Origin: an uncultured beta proteobacterium
Lineage (GTDB): Bacteria > Pseudomonadota > Gammaproteobacteria > Burkholderiales > Casimicrobiaceae
Direction: 5' to 3'
DNA: 64,000 bases
Assembly: GCA_963836265.1 (NCBI GenBank)
Contig: CAWIIO010000002.1
Span: 74,215 to 138,214 of the forward strand
The position numbers and the translations under genes are program-made. How positions within the stretch are numbered: the first letter of the stretch is position 1; each line of letters opens with the position of its first letter. This document shows, piece after piece, positions 10,380-23,774 of this stretch. Under the pieces are notes generated by a model. It was not told the origin of the DNA, did not search any database, and saw nothing but the letters and a program-made list of their open reading frames with translations.

Positions 10380-12683
10380 CTAGTTCGCTTCCGGCTGCCA
10401 CATGTCGCCCTGGCGGCCGACGATCCGGTTCTCCTCCTCCTGCATCCGCCACCAGTTGCGAAGCCCCGGCTCTTCGAGCGGGCGCGAGATGAGGTAGCCC
10501 TGCGCCTCCTCGCAGCCGTGGCGCTTCAGGAAATCGAACTGGGCCGCGGTTTCGATGCCCTCGGCGATCACCCTCAGGCCCAGCGAGTGCGACAGCGCGA
10601 TGATCGCCTGCGTAATCGCTTCGTCGTTGCCGTTCTGCTCGAGGCCGTGGACGAACCGCTGATCGACTTTCACCGCCTGGATCGGCAGTCGTGCGAGATA
10701 GGAGAGGCTCGAGTAGCCGGTGCCGAAGTCGTCGACAGTGATCGACACGCCGCGTTGCTTGAGTTTCACCAGCGTCGCGACTGCCTTTTCCGGATGCGTG
10801 ATGATGACGCTTTCGGTGATCTCGAGGTCGAGATAGTGGGCGGGCAGGCCGCTCGCCGACAGCGCTTCGTCGACGATCCCGAGCCAGCTGTCGTGTTGCA
10901 GCTGCTGCACGGACAGGTTGACGGAGAGCCGCAGCATCATCCCCTGGCGATGCCAGGCGGTGACCTGCCGGCACGCGTCGCGCAGCACGCGCGCGCCGAG
11001 CGCCTGGATCATCCCGGATTCCTCGGCGACGGGGATGAACTCGGAGGGCGAGATGACGCCGCGCTCCGGATCGCGCCAGCGCAGCAGCGCCTCGACCCCG
11101 ACGGCGCGCCCGGTCTGCATCTCGATCTGCGGCTGGTAGACCAGAAAAAACTCGTCGTCCATGAGCCCGCGCCGCATGTCGGTCTCGAGCTGAAGCCGCA
11201 ACTGAACCCGCGCGTTCATATCGGCAGTGTAGAAGCGATAAGCATTGCGCCCCGCTTCCTTCGCCGCGTACATCGCCGTGTCCGCCTGTTTGATCAGGCT
11301 TACCGGATCGGTCGCGTCGAGCGGATACATCGACACGCCGATCGACGAGGTCAGCGTCGGCGTCTGGTCGGCCAGTCGGAATGGCGCGAGGAAGGACTCG
11401 CGCACTCGTGCGAGCACCGTCATCGTCTCGAACGTCGCGTGCGCCGGATCGAGGCCGGGCAGGATCAAGACGAACTCGTCGCCGCCCAACCGCGCCACGG
11501 TATCGGACTCGCGCACGGCCGACGTGAGCCGCTGCGCGACCGCCTGCAGCAGCTGATCGCCGGAGTCGTGACCCAGCGTGTCGTTGATTCGCTTGAAGTG
11601 ATCGAAGTCGAGGAACAGGCAGGCGACGTGCGTGCCGTCGCGCTGCGCTTGAGCGAGAATCTGCTTCAGCCGCTGGTTCAGGAGCGAACGATTGGGCAGG
11701 CCCGTGAGGATGTCGTGCTGCGCTAGCTTGTACGCATGGGCCGTCGCGATTTCCAGTTCCTTGGTCCGCTGCGCCACCTTGTCCTCGAGCGTGCGCTGGT
11801 AGGTCGCGACCTCGGCCTGCGACTCGGACAGGCGCTGCGTCATGTGATTGAACGTGTGCGTGAGGAGGCCGAGCTCATCGGCCGAGCTTGCAGGCACGTA
11901 CACGTCGAGCTTGCCCGAGCCGACGGCGCGCGCGGCGCGCATCAGCCGCCGCATCGGCGCCACGAGCCGCCGGGTGAGGAGCAGCGTTGCACCGATCGCC
12001 ACGACGACCAGCGAGGCGACGACCGTGAGCGCGCCGATCAGCGTCTTGCGGAATTGCACTCGTTGCCGCTCGAACGTCATGCCGACGCGGATGAAGCCGA
12101 CCGGAACGCGTGCAGCCGGCAACGCGTTCATGACCTCGGCGGGCGGATCGGCTTGTCCCCGCGGCGCTGGCGGCGCGATGGCGCCGGCGTCGCGGCTCGC
12201 AACGCGGGTGATCAGGTCGATGTAGCGACGCCCCTGAATTGCGACGTCGGACGAGCCGGTCGCCCCGGGGGCAGGGACCGGAGCCTCCTTCGCGAGTCCC
12301 TGGACGTCGACGTCTCGCAGCGATTCGGCGAACCGCCGGACCAGAATCGGATTCCGTGCCGGATCGAGCACCATGACGTAGGCGAAATCGCCATCTGCTT
12401 CGAGATTGTCCAGCACCGCCTCGAAGCGCGTCCGATCCCCGGCGGAGAGACCTTGCTGGGACATCTCCGCCAGCATCGCGAGCACGGTCGATCCCTGCGA
12501 GCGCAACTCGCTTTCATCGACGTGCCATCGTTGGAAGAGGTAGAAACCGGTCGTTGCGCTCGCGGTCACCAGGATCAATATGAACGTGAGCAGGTTTAGC
12601 TTGGTCAAAAGCGGCCACCGGACCGGCGGCAGGTTGAGCGGCGAGATCGTGTCCGTCGCGAGCGACGTAAGATGCCGGCGCAT
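10380..12683 (-). CDS. membrane HAMP-GGDEF-EAL signalling protein (c-di-GMP cyclase/phosphodiesterase)
   Basis: A TM segment, a periplasmic region and a second TM-HAMP are followed by RLGGDEFVLILPG (GGDEF) and EALLRW...DLEITES...DDFGTGYSSL (EAL). The ORF is open to 12755. ATG at 12683 (MRRHLTS...) is preferred, but the start is uncertain. Confidence 0.9.
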   Translation of the reverse strand: MRRHLTSLATDTISPLNLPPVRWPLLTKLNLLTFILILVTASATTGFYLFQRWHVDESELRSQGSTVLAMLAEMSQQGLSAGDRTRFEAVLDNLEADGDFAYVMVLDPARNPILVRRFAESLRDVDVQGLAKEAPVPAPGATGSSDVAIQGRRYIDLITRVASRDAGAIAPPAPRGQADPPAEVMNALPAARVPVGFIRVGMTFERQRVQFRKTLIGALTVVASLVVVAIGATLLLTRRLVAPMRRLMRAARAVGSGKLDVYVPASSADELGLLTHTFNHMTQRLSESQAEVATYQRTLEDKVAQRTKELEIATAHAYKLAQHDILTGLPNRSLLNQRLKQILAQAQRDGTHVACLFLDFDHFKRINDTLGHDSGDQLLQAVAQRLTSAVRESDTVARLGGDEFVLILPGLDPAHATFETMTVLARVRESFLAPFRLADQTPTLTSSIGVSMYPLDATDPVSLIKQADTAMYAAKEAGRNAYRFYTADMNARVQLRLQLETDMRRGLMDDEFFLVYQPQIEMQTGRAVGVEALLRWRDPERGVISPSEFIPVAEESGMIQALGARVLRDACRQVTAWHRQGMMLRLSVNLSVQQLQHDSWLGIVDEALSASGLPAHYLDLEITESVIITHPEKAVATLVKLKQRGVSITVDDFGTGYSSLSYLARLPIQAVKVDQRFVHGLEQNGNDEAITQAIIALSHSLGLRVIAEGIETAAQFDFLKRHGCEEAQGYLISRPLEEPGLRNWWRMQEEENRIVGRQGDMWQPEAN

Positions 12684-13053
12684 GCGCTTCACGGCGTTGT
12701 CCCGAGGCCCGGGACATCGCCCGCGCGGGCAATCGGGCGCCTGCGCGCGACGCATGCGTCCCTCGGCGGTCCGGCGCTAGCCTCCCGCGTCTCGATTCCG
12801 GTCGTGATCACCCTTGCTCTCGTGCCTTCGCGCACCTGAGCACGGCCGGAATCGTCCGGGCGGCTCGCGGCACACTCGCGCTACCGCGCCGGCAGGCTTG
12901 TTTTGGCCCCAGCTGCGACGCGGGTTACAAGCATACACCGTGCCGAGAACGTTGGCCGCGCGGCCGCTGAACGAATCGACGACCGCACTCGACGCGCGAC
13001 GCATCGTGGAGCGTACGCGCCCCCGATCAGGCGCGGGGCCTTCGGCACGGTGG

Positions 13054-14571
13054 TTACACGGCGACGGGGATTTTTCCGATGCGCTGCTGCCACTCGCGCG
13101 GGCCGGTCTGATGCACGGAGATCCCGTTGGCATCGACGGCGACGGTCACCGGCATGTCCGCGACGTCGAACTCGTAGATCGCTTCCATGCCGAGGTCTTC
13201 GTACGCAACGACTCGCGAGCGCTTGATCGCCTTCGACACGAGGTAAGCCGCGCCCCCTACCGCCATCAGATACGCGGCCTTGTGCCTGCGAATGGCCTCG
13301 ATTGCGACAGGTCCGCGCTCGGCCTTGCCGATCATCGCGATGAGGCCGGTTTTCGCGAGCATGGTCTCGGTGAACTTGTCCATCCGCGTCGCGGTCGTGG
13401 GTCCGGCGGGGCCGACCACTTCGTCGCGCACCGGATCAACGGGACCGACGTAATAGATGACGCGATTGCGGAAGTCCACCGGCAGACGGGCGCCCCGCTC
13501 GCAGCAATCGCAGATGCGCTTGTGGGCGGCATCGCGGCCCGTGAGCATCCTTCCATTGAGGAGCAGCGTCTGCCCCGGCGTCCACGTCGCCACCTCGGCC
13601 GGCGTCAGCGTGTCGAGGTTTACGCGCGTTGCCGTCGCGGACGGCGCCCATTCGACTTTCGGCCAGCGCGACAGATCCGGCAGCGCGAGCTCGGCCGCTC
13701 CGCTGCCGTCGAGCGTGAAGTGCGCATGGCGCGTCGCCGCGCAATTGGGGATCATGCCGACGGGTTTCGATGCCGCGTGGGTCGGATAGTCGAGAATCTT
13801 GACATCGAGCACCGTGGACAGCCCGCCCAGGCCTTGCGCGCCGATGCCCAGCGCGTTCGCCGCATCGAAGATCTCGATCCGCAGTTCCTCGAGCGCGCTT
13901 TTCGGCCCGCGCCTCTTCAGTTCGTGCATGTCGATCGGCTCCATCAGCGCCTCCTTTGCGAGGAGCACGGCTTTTTCCGCCGTACCGCCGATGCCGATGC
14001 CGAGCATTCCGGGCGGGCACCAGCCGGCGCCCATCGTCGGCAGCGTCTTGACGACCCAGTCGACGATCGAGTCGGACGGGTTCAGCATCGCAAATTTCGA
14101 TTTGTTTTCGGAGCCGCCGCCCTTCGCCGCGATTTTCACGTCGACCGCGTTGCCGGGGACGAGGTCGAAATGGACGACGGCCGGCGTGTTGTCCTTCGTA
14201 TTCTTCCGGGCGCCGGCGGGGTCGGCCACGATCGACGCGCGGAGCTTGTTGTCCGGATGCAGGTAGGCGCGGCGCACGCCCTCGTTGACCATGTCGGTGA
14301 CGGACATCGTCACGCCTTCCCAGCGCACGTCCATCCCCACCTTGACGAAGGCGACCACGATGCCGGTGTCCTGGCAAATCGGGCGGTGGCCCTCGGCGCA
14401 CATTCGCGAATTGGTGAGGATCTGCGCAATCGCATCCTTGGCCGCCGGCGACTGCTCCGCGGCGTAGGCCTGGCCCAGCGCCTCGATGTAGTCCTGGGGG
14501 TGGTAATACGAGATGTATTGCAGCGCGTCGGCGACGCTGTCGATGAAATCCTGCTCGCGGATGGCGGCCAT
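13054..14571 (-). CDS. class I (Fe-S) fumarate hydratase
   Basis: 505-aa ORF containing HRPICQDTGIVVAFVKVG and the C-terminal beta-type domain GRMLTGRDAAHKR...MAVGGAAYL, as in single-chain class I fumarases. Confidence 0.93.
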   Translation of the reverse strand: MAAIREQDFIDSVADALQYISYYHPQDYIEALGQAYAAEQSPAAKDAIAQILTNSRMCAEGHRPICQDTGIVVAFVKVGMDVRWEGVTMSVTDMVNEGVRRAYLHPDNKLRASIVADPAGARKNTKDNTPAVVHFDLVPGNAVDVKIAAKGGGSENKSKFAMLNPSDSIVDWVVKTLPTMGAGWCPPGMLGIGIGGTAEKAVLLAKEALMEPIDMHELKRRGPKSALEELRIEIFDAANALGIGAQGLGGLSTVLDVKILDYPTHAASKPVGMIPNCAATRHAHFTLDGSGAAELALPDLSRWPKVEWAPSATATRVNLDTLTPAEVATWTPGQTLLLNGRMLTGRDAAHKRICDCCERGARLPVDFRNRVIYYVGPVDPVRDEVVGPAGPTTATRMDKFTETMLAKTGLIAMIGKAERGPVAIEAIRRHKAAYLMAVGGAAYLVSKAIKRSRVVAYEDLGMEAIYEFDVADMPVTVAVDANGISVHQTGPREWQQRIGKIPVAV

Positions 14572-14833
14572 GATCGTCCTGCGGAAGGGTGTCGCCCGAG
14601 GAGTTTAGCACCGCTCGCAAGGGGCTCCCCGACCTGACGCCCCGGCCACCTGCCCGGCGGACGGTTCCGGGCGCCCGATCGTCGCCTGGGACGGCGGGCG
14701 GGGGGCGACCCTTGCGCTGTATCAACATTCGCGCGTTGCGCGGAGCGCGGGCTGTTGGTTAGACTCCCCAGTCACGTTGCGTCCCGCGAAGGTCGTCGCG
14801 CTGCCCGACCGAACCCCAACAGGAGGATCCAGC

Positions 14834-16813
<1,980 letters not shown>

Positions 16814-17029
16814 CCCAAGGGGTCATTGCGGCGAGTCGCTGCCGACCGGCCCCCGAAGCAGGTCGCGTTGCGGCTGGGAGCCTGTCCGGCTTGCTCTCAC
16901 GTAGGCGTTGCCGGGCCGCAAAGCGATGGCGGCGATGGCGGCGAGGCGAGGCGAATATCGGGAATATTCGCGAGACTCGCAACGACGCAGGCGCGCTTTT
17001 GGCAGCAACCCGGGGACGGGGCGAGGCTC

Positions 17030-17644
17030 CTAGGCCACCGGCGGAACGGTGTCGGCGAACGAGGGCCGCGCGCCGAGCTTCTCGGCCAGCCTGGCCAGAT
17101 TCGGATGCGCGTCGCGCCAGTCGACTTCGGGGAAGCGCAGATCGAGGTATCCGAGCGCGCAACCGGTCGCGATGTCGGCGAGGGAATAGGATTCGCCGTT
17201 GCACCAGGGCCGCTCCTCGAGGTCGCGCGCCATCTCGACGACGCCGCGGGCGATCTTGTCCCGCTGACGTTCGATCGCCTCTCCGCTCTGCTGCCGCGCC
17301 GGCCGTTTCTTCTCCAGTACGATGGCGGCGGCGGCGTCGCAGATGCCGTCGGCGAGTGCCTCCCAGCGCTTTACCACGATGCGCTGCCGCGACGGCTCCG
17401 GGATCAGCCGGCTCACCGGACTCACGGTGTCCAAGTATTCGACGATCACGCGCGAATCATAGAGATGGGTGCCGTCGTCGAGCATCAGCACGGGGATCTT
17501 GCCGAGCGGGTTGTAATCGGCGACCGCGTTGCCGGATACCCACGGCGAATCGACGACCAGCGCGAACTCGATCTTCTTTTCGGCGAGCGCGATGCGGACC
17601 TTGCGCACGTACGGACTCGTCAGCGAGGCGATCAGTTTCAGCAA
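17030..17644 (-). CDS. glutathione S-transferase family protein
   Basis: The N-terminal thioredoxin-like region (SPYVRKVRIALAEKKIEF...NPLGKIPVL...SRVIVEYL) and the alpha-helical C-domain match the GST fold. Confidence 0.85.
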   Translation of the reverse strand: MLKLIASLTSPYVRKVRIALAEKKIEFALVVDSPWVSGNAVADYNPLGKIPVLMLDDGTHLYDSRVIVEYLDTVSPVSRLIPEPSRQRIVVKRWEALADGICDAAAAIVLEKKRPARQQSGEAIERQRDKIARGVVEMARDLEERPWCNGESYSLADIATGCALGYLDLRFPEVDWRDAHPNLARLAEKLGARPSFADTVPPVA

Positions 17645-17729
17645 GGGCGGCGCGGGAGGGCAAAGCGGGTGAAAAGTATAGCATCGGCGGCACGTTCCCG
17701 GTCGCGAACGGGAGGCCGCTCCGTGCTAA

Positions 17730-19154
<1,425 letters not shown>

Positions 19155-19207
19155 GGTGAACGGGCCCTGGCAAGACGGCGGTCGAATCACGGCCGCGCGG
19201 GAACGAC

Positions 19208-21967
19208 ATGGCCGTGCATGCGACCACCGGCATCGTCACGTTCCTCTTGACTGATATCGAGGGGAGCACGCGGCTTTGGGAGGAAGAGCCCGGACGGATG
19301 CCGGAAGCGCTCTCGCGACACGACGCGCTCGTGCGCGGGGCGGTCGCGGCTCATCGGGGCACGATCGTCAAGATGGCCGGCGACGGAGTCCACGCCGCCT
19401 TCGACGATCCGCTCGATGCGATCGCGGCGACGCTCGAAATCCAGCAGTCGCTTGCCGATCCCGCCGCGACCGGCGGCATCCGGTTTCGCGTGCGCTGCGG
19501 CCTGCACGCGGGGGTGGCCGAGGGCCGCGACAACGACTATTTCGGCAGCACCGTCAACCGCGCCGCCCGGATCACGGGCGCGGCGCACGGTGGCCAGGTG
19601 CTGCTGTCGCAGGCCGTCGCCGAGCTTGTGCACGACCGCCTTCCGGCGGGCGCGTCGTTGCGCGACCTGGGCGCGGTCCGACTGCGCAGCGTCGCCCATC
19701 CGGAACACCTCCATCAGCTCGTCCATCCGCAGCTGCGGCACGAATTCCCGGCGCTGCGCTCGCTCGAGGTCACGCCCAGCAACCTGCCCCAGCAGTTCAC
19801 GTCGTTCATCGGTCGCGAGCGCGAGCGCGCGGAAGCGCTGCAGCTGCTGTCGGGGCCCCGGCTTCTGACCCTCACCGGTCCGGGCGGCATCGGCAAGACC
19901 CGGCTGGCGCTGCAGGTGGCCGCCGACGTGATGGACGCCTATCCTGACGGCACCTGGTTTGTCGATCTCTCGTCGCTGACCGAGGCGGCGTTGGTTCCGC
20001 AAACGGCTGCGCGCGTGCTCGGCGTGCAGGAGCTCAAGGACATGCCGCTCCTGCAGACGCTCTGTGCGCATTTGGCGCCGCGCCGCCTCCTGCTCGTCCT
20101 CGACAATTGCGAGCACCTGGTCGCCGCCTGCGCGGCATTGATCGGCGCGCTGCTGCAGTCAGCGCCTGGGGCGCGCTTCCTCGCGACGAGCCGTGAGCCG
20201 CTCGGCATCGTCGGCGAGCAGACCTACCCGCTGCGGGCGCTGTCGCTTCCCGATCCTGCGGCGGGCGCGCAAGGCATTGCCGGCTCCGAAGCCATCCGGT
20301 TGTTCGTCGAGCGGGCGCGGTTGCAACGACCGGATTTCGCGCTCACCGACCGGCAGGCGCCAGCGGTGGTCCGGATCTGCACGCGCCTGGACGGCATTCC
20401 GCTGGCGCTCGAGCTCGCCGCGGCCCGCATCGGCACGCTGCCCGTGGGGAAGATCGCCGAGCGGCTCGACGATCGCTTCCGGCTGCTTTCGGGCGGCGCG
20501 GTCACCGGGCTCCCGCGCCAGCAGACGCTCCGCGCGATGGTCGATTGGAGCTTCGACCTGCTCTCCGGCGCGGAGAAGTCGTTGTTCGCGCGCCTCGCCG
20601 TCTTCGCCGGCGGCTTCACGCTCGAGGCCGCGGAAAGAGTGTGCGCGATCGGCACGATCGCGCAGAACGACGTGCTCGAGCGGCTGTCGGGCCTGGTTCA
20701 GAAATCGCTGGTCACGTTCAACGCCGACGCCGATCGTTATCGGATGCTGGAGACCATCGGCGAATACGCCCGTGCCCGGCTCGAGGAAAGCGGCGAGGCG
20801 CGAATGATTCGCCACCGCCACCGCGACACCTACGCTGCGCTCGCCGGCGAGGCGGAGCCGGCGCTCGCCGGTGGCCCGCAGCAGGCGCCGTGGCTCGCGC
20901 GGCTCGAAGCGGAACACGACAACCTGCGCGCGGCGCTCACCTGCAGTCTGGCCGAGCCGGAAGGGGACGAGGCCGCGCTCGCGATGTGCGGTGCGCTCTA
21001 TCTGTTCTGGGTGCATCGCGGCCATCACCGCGACGGCTACGGCTGGTGCCAGGCCGCGAATGCGCGCAACGCGGATCGTCCCGCCACGACGGCGGCGGCG
21101 AAGGCGCTCCTCGGCGCGGGAACGCTCGCCACCTATGTCGGCGACCAGGCCGCGGCGCAGGGAGCGCTCGAAAAGGCGCTCGCGATGAGTCGCGAACTGC
21201 ACGACCGCACGCTGGAGGCGCGCGCGCTCAACAATCTCGCCACCGCTGCGTTCAATCGCCGCAACTTCGCCGAGGCCCAGGCGTTGCTGGAGGAGGCGGT
21301 GATCGTGAATCGCGAGCTCGGCAACCGCACCCACGAGATCATCAACCTCGTCAACCTCGGCAACGCCGCGAACAGTCTCGGCAATTTCGCGCAGGCGGCG
21401 GCGCCGCTGGAACGCGCACTGGCCTTGAGCCGGGCGATGGGGATGCGCGTGCTGGAGTCCGACGTCCTCGGCCATCTGGCCATGCAGGCGCAATACCGGG
21501 GCGACTACGTCACGGCGCAGGCGCAAGGCGAGGAAGCATTGGCGATCGATCGGGAGATGGGGGTGCGGAGCCATGAGGCGCAGAAGCTCCTGCGCCTGGC
21601 CGAGATCGCCTTCGTCCGGGGCCATGCCACGACGGCGCGAGCGCGCCTGGTGGAAGCGCTGACGCTCAATCGCGATCTCGGGAGCGTGGCGGGGATCGCC
21701 GATGCGCTCGACATTGCCGCGACCGTCGCCGTGGGGGAGGGGAAGCACCGCCAAGGCGCGGTCTTCGCCGCTGTCGCCGATCTCCTCCGGGGGCGCACCG
21801 GCAACGCCGTGCTGCCCGTGGATCAGTCGAGCCACGACACCTGTCGAAGCCGCTGCCGAGAGGCGCTGGGCGCCGCCGAATGCGACGCGGCATTCGCGGC
21901 GGGGCGCGCGATGGCCAGCGACGACGCGGTCAACGAGGCGCTTCTGTTCCTCGGCTCCCGGTCTTGA
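19208..21967 (+). CDS. class III adenylate/guanylate cyclase fused to a STAND (NB-ARC/AAA-type) ATPase and TPR array
   Basis: The N-terminus FLLTDIEGSTRLWE...KMAGDGVHAAF...RVRCGLHAG...DYFGSTVNRAARI is a class III cyclase domain. It is followed by Walker A LTGPGGIGKTRLAL and hhhhD LLLVLDNCEH, then a helical region and repeated TPR-like units (NNLATAAFNRRNFAEAQ..., NLGNAANSLGNFAQA...). No C-terminal HTH is visible. Confidence 0.85.
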   Translation: MAVHATTGIVTFLLTDIEGSTRLWEEEPGRMPEALSRHDALVRGAVAAHRGTIVKMAGDGVHAAFDDPLDAIAATLEIQQSLADPAATGGIRFRVRCGLHAGVAEGRDNDYFGSTVNRAARITGAAHGGQVLLSQAVAELVHDRLPAGASLRDLGAVRLRSVAHPEHLHQLVHPQLRHEFPALRSLEVTPSNLPQQFTSFIGRERERAEALQLLSGPRLLTLTGPGGIGKTRLALQVAADVMDAYPDGTWFVDLSSLTEAALVPQTAARVLGVQELKDMPLLQTLCAHLAPRRLLLVLDNCEHLVAACAALIGALLQSAPGARFLATSREPLGIVGEQTYPLRALSLPDPAAGAQGIAGSEAIRLFVERARLQRPDFALTDRQAPAVVRICTRLDGIPLALELAAARIGTLPVGKIAERLDDRFRLLSGGAVTGLPRQQTLRAMVDWSFDLLSGAEKSLFARLAVFAGGFTLEAAERVCAIGTIAQNDVLERLSGLVQKSLVTFNADADRYRMLETIGEYARARLEESGEARMIRHRHRDTYAALAGEAEPALAGGPQQAPWLARLEAEHDNLRAALTCSLAEPEGDEAALAMCGALYLFWVHRGHHRDGYGWCQAANARNADRPATTAAAKALLGAGTLATYVGDQAAAQGALEKALAMSRELHDRTLEARALNNLATAAFNRRNFAEAQALLEEAVIVNRELGNRTHEIINLVNLGNAANSLGNFAQAAAPLERALALSRAMGMRVLESDVLGHLAMQAQYRGDYVTAQAQGEEALAIDREMGVRSHEAQKLLRLAEIAFVRGHATTARARLVEALTLNRDLGSVAGIADALDIAATVAVGEGKHRQGAVFAAVADLLRGRTGNAVLPVDQSSHDTCRSRCREALGAAECDAAFAAGRAMASDDAVNEALLFLGSRS

Positions 21968-22598
21968 CGCGGCTTCGCCGTTCCTTGACGAATGTCGTCG
22001 CCGCCGGAATCAGCGAGACCACGACGATCCCGAGCACGATCAGCGTCAGGTTGCGCTTGACCCAGGGGATGTTGCCGAAGAGATAGCCGGCGTAGGAGAG
22101 CGACGCGATCCAGGCAACGGCGCCGATCACGTTGAACGACAGGAACCGCCGGTAGCTCATTCCCGCGACCCCGGCGAGAAACGGCGCGAACGTGCGAATG
22201 ATCGGCACGAAGCGGCCGATGATGATCGTCACGCCGCCATACCTGTCGTAGAACGCCTGCGTTCGGCGCAGGTGCGCCTGCTTGAACCAGCGCGAATCGG
22301 GTCGGTCGAACACGCGCGGCCCGATGTAGTGGCCGACCGAGTAGTTGACGGTGTCGCCCAGGATCGCCGCAGCCGTCAGCACGATGACGAGCACGTGGAT
22401 GTTGAGATCGACGTTAGCGACGACGGTGCCGGCGATGAACAGGATCGAATCGCCGGGAAGGAACGGGAACACGACGAGGCCCGTTTCGGCGAAGATGATC
22501 AGGAACAGCAATCCATAAAGCCACTGCCCGTACTCCGCCGCCAGCCGTGCGACCGACTGGTCGAGCGCCAGCAGCGAATAGAAGAGCGTCGTCAGCAT
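21930..22598 (-). CDS. DedA family inner-membrane protein
   Basis: LFLIIFAETGLVVFPFLPGDSILFIAG...GRFVPIIRTFAPFLAG are DedA/SNARE-associated motifs. The 3' end overlaps the convergent cyclase-STAND gene by 38 nt. Confidence 0.9.
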   Translation of the reverse strand: MLTTLFYSLLALDQSVARLAAEYGQWLYGLLFLIIFAETGLVVFPFLPGDSILFIAGTVVANVDLNIHVLVIVLTAAAILGDTVNYSVGHYIGPRVFDRPDSRWFKQAHLRRTQAFYDRYGGVTIIIGRFVPIIRTFAPFLAGVAGMSYRRFLSFNVIGAVAWIASLSYAGYLFGNIPWVKRNLTLIVLGIVVVSLIPAATTFVKERRSRVKTGSRGTEAPR

Positions 22599-22737
22599 GG
22601 GGCCGGATCCGACTTTTCCGAACCATTGCTCGAACCAGCGAAGGCCGCCAACCGAAAAGTCGAGTTTGACCCCGTGTCACGCTTCAGCCGCGATGCACTT
22701 GCGGAGCCGCCGCGCGGAACAATCGTCCCCGATCCGG

Positions 22738-23676
22738 TCACGGCAGGATCTTCTCGGCGCCGCCCTCGCGGCGTTCCGGCTTGATCAGGTCCTCGCGCGA
22801 CACGCCGAGCCACATCACCAGCGGCGCCATCACCAGCACCGAGGAATAGATGCCGAAGCAGATCCCGATGGTGAGCGCCAGCGCGAAGTAGTGCAGCGTC
22901 TCGCCGCCGAAGAAGAGGATCGACAGCACCATCATCAGCGTCATGCCGTGGGTGATGATCGTGCGGGAGATCGTGCGCGTGATCGCGTTGTCGATCACGT
23001 GGGTCACCGTGGCCTTGCGCATCTTGCGGAAGTTCTCCCGGATCCGGTCGGCGATCACGACCGACTCGTTGACGGAATAACCGAGCACCGCCAGCACGGC
23101 GGCGAGCACGGGTAGCGAGAACTCCCACTGGAAGAACGCGAAGAAGCCCAGGATGATGATGACGTCGTGCAGGTTGGCGATGATCGCCGCGATGGCGAAG
23201 CGCCATTCGAAGCGCAGGGCGAGGTAACCCACGATGCCGAACGACACGAGCAACAGCGCGAGCGCGCCGTTCTCGAACAGTTCCTTGCCGACCTGGGGTC
23301 CGACGAACTCGACCCGCTGCTGCCGCGCCGAAGGGTCCGCTTCCCGCAGCACCGTCATCACCTGCTCGGAGAGCTGCGCGCTCGAAAGGCCTTCCTTCAG
23401 CGGCAGCCGGATCAGCGCCGTGTTCGAGGTGCCGAAGCTCTGCGCTGCATACTCGCCGAGGTTCAGCTTGTCGATCGCCGCGCGGACGTGGTTGAAGTCG
23501 ACCGCTTTGTCGTAGCTAACCTCGATCAGCGTGCCCCCGCGGAAGTCGACGCCGAGATTGAGGCCCTTGGTGGCGAGGAAGACCACCGCGAGCACGAACG
23601 TGACCGCCGAGATCACGTTGAACACGAGCGCGTGCCGCATGAACGGGATGTCGCGCTGGATGCGGAAGAATTCCAT
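22738..23676 (-). CDS. secF: protein translocase subunit SecF
   Basis: 312-aa ORF starting MEFFRIQRDIPFMRH and containing LGVDFRGGT; multi-TM C-terminal half. Downstream of secD. Confidence 0.96.
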   Translation of the reverse strand: MEFFRIQRDIPFMRHALVFNVISAVTFVLAVVFLATKGLNLGVDFRGGTLIEVSYDKAVDFNHVRAAIDKLNLGEYAAQSFGTSNTALIRLPLKEGLSSAQLSEQVMTVLREADPSARQQRVEFVGPQVGKELFENGALALLLVSFGIVGYLALRFEWRFAIAAIIANLHDVIIILGFFAFFQWEFSLPVLAAVLAVLGYSVNESVVIADRIRENFRKMRKATVTHVIDNAITRTISRTIITHGMTLMMVLSILFFGGETLHYFALALTIGICFGIYSSVLVMAPLVMWLGVSREDLIKPERREGGAEKILP

Positions 23677-23774
23677 GGGTTTGCGTGTTTGTGGCCCGCG
23701 GCCTTCCGGCCGCGGTGGGTTTCAGAGCGGAAAGGCGAATCGGGTCGACCCGGACGGGGGCGACGCCATGCCCT

